From a virus (Duplodnaviria > Caudoviricetes): a stretch of DNA of 25,849 bases. Positions 25,325 to 25,849 of the stretch are shown in pieces; positions within the stretch are counted from its first letter, which is position 1, and each line of letters begins with the position of its first letter. The stretch covers positions 1-25,849 of the IMG/VR virus record IMGVR_UViG_3300001380_000015; one strand, 5' to 3'. The notes under the pieces were generated by a model. The model had not been told where the DNA came from and ran no database searches. It saw only the letters and a list, made by a program, of their open reading frames with translations. The position numbers and the translations under genes were made by a program.

Positions 25325-25409
25325 TGGTACCCGAAGTGGGAGTCGAACCCACACGCCTAATGGCTCGGGATTTTAAGTCCCGTGTGTCTACCAATTTCAC
25401 CATCCGGGC
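25325..25409 (-). tRNA. tRNA-Leu (anticodon UAA), CCA encoded
   Basis: GCCCGGA acceptor stem, GG D-loop, CGGGA-CT-TAA-AA-TCCCG anticodon arm, long variable arm, GTTCGA T-loop, ACCA end. Confidence 0.97.
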
Positions 25410-25416
25410 AAATGAA

Positions 25417-25530
25417 TTATTTGCGTTTCCCTTGTTGTGCTTCCAGTTTGAAAAGGAACAGCATTTCCCGTTCGATCCACTTGCGATAAAACGTTTTCCG
25501 CTTGATGCGGCCGAATGATTTCTTTTTCAT
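25417..25530 (-). CDS. Small basic peptide (37 aa)
   Basis: MKKKSFGRIKRKTFYRKWIEREMLFLFKLEAQQGKRK; GAGGT SD; stops just before the tRNA. Confidence 0.55.
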   Translation of the reverse strand: MKKKSFGRIKRKTFYRKWIEREMLFLFKLEAQQGKRK

Positions 25531-25532
25531 GG

Positions 25533-25760
25533 TCAATACCTCGCTTGACTTCCATCCTTGAATTTAACATCCCGTCCTTCCCGCACTCCGCCAAGGTGCT
25601 CGATTACCTGTTTCTTTTGCCATTGCAAACGGGTCTTGGCTCTGGCCACATTGGACTTCGCCAGTTCTTTGAAATCCTCGAAGATTGCAGCCCTTGCCTT
25701 GGCATAGTTTATGGAACTGCGATCCAGTGGTTTCATTTCAACATTGTCGATATGAGACAT
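25533..25760 (-). CDS. Hypothetical protein
   Basis: AGGAG SD; ORF track. Confidence 0.75.
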   Translation of the reverse strand: MSHIDNVEMKPLDRSSINYAKARAAIFEDFKELAKSNVARAKTRLQWQKKQVIEHLGGVREGRDVKFKDGSQARY

Positions 25761-25849
25761 GCTTATCTCCTAGATTATGCTACGTTTTGGAAGGTCGATC
25801 ATTCGGATGATGCCTCAAACCCGGCTATAAGGCATACCGGGTTGCCACT

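Larger units (their letters stand above)
1..25849 (-). mobile_element. Bacteriophage genome segment (early/middle: host takeover, replication, nucleotide metabolism)
   Basis: All credible genes lie on the minus strand with ATGA/TAATG overlaps; phage-type primase, helicase, PolA, endonuclease I and amidoligase cluster; no integrase, host housekeeping or structural genes seen. Confidence 0.95.

Noticed and set aside
680-25518. All plus-strand ORFs in the track
   Set aside because: Antisense shadows of motif-bearing minus-strand genes or the tRNA; no recognisable motifs
25397-25594. 65-aa minus-strand ORF in the track
   Set aside because: Overlaps the tRNA and the upstream gene; 25417-25530 has a good SD and fits the gap
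1-25849. CRISPR array, att site/integrase, long repeats, intrinsic terminators
   Set aside because: None seen by eye; weak or dispersed repeats could have been missed without computation

Overview
A gap-free, entirely minus-strand 26-kb stretch of a tailed dsDNA bacteriophage genome covering the early/middle region. Gene content resembles phiEco32/PaP3/LUZ24-type podophages; this resemblance is inferred from gene content, not from a search. In transcription order (right to left) it contains: tRNA-Leu(UAA); a Cys-dependent phosphatase; many small ORFs; a peptide-ligase cluster (class I GATase, two COOH-NH2 ligases, class II GATase, ATP-grasp) followed by a GNAT-like ORF, a GcvH-like domain with the lipoyl Lys replaced by Arg, and a Zn-finger with an acidic tail; primase, HNH and helicase; an RNA-repair set (Rnl2-type ligase, metallophosphoesterase, P-loop kinase); a family A DNA polymerase split into two genes; SLOG, HTH, SSB-like, 5'-3' exonuclease and endonuclease I; an EndoVII-type endonuclease; and a nucleotide-pool block (phosphoesterase, dATP/dGTP diphosphohydrolase-like, circularly permuted MazG-like, deoxyribosyltransferase-like) ending in an alpha/beta hydrolase and a partial HslV-like protease. 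Several probable genes are missing from the ORF track (short, edge-truncated, or lacking ATG/GTG/TTG). All functional calls come from motif recognition by eye; no searches were run.
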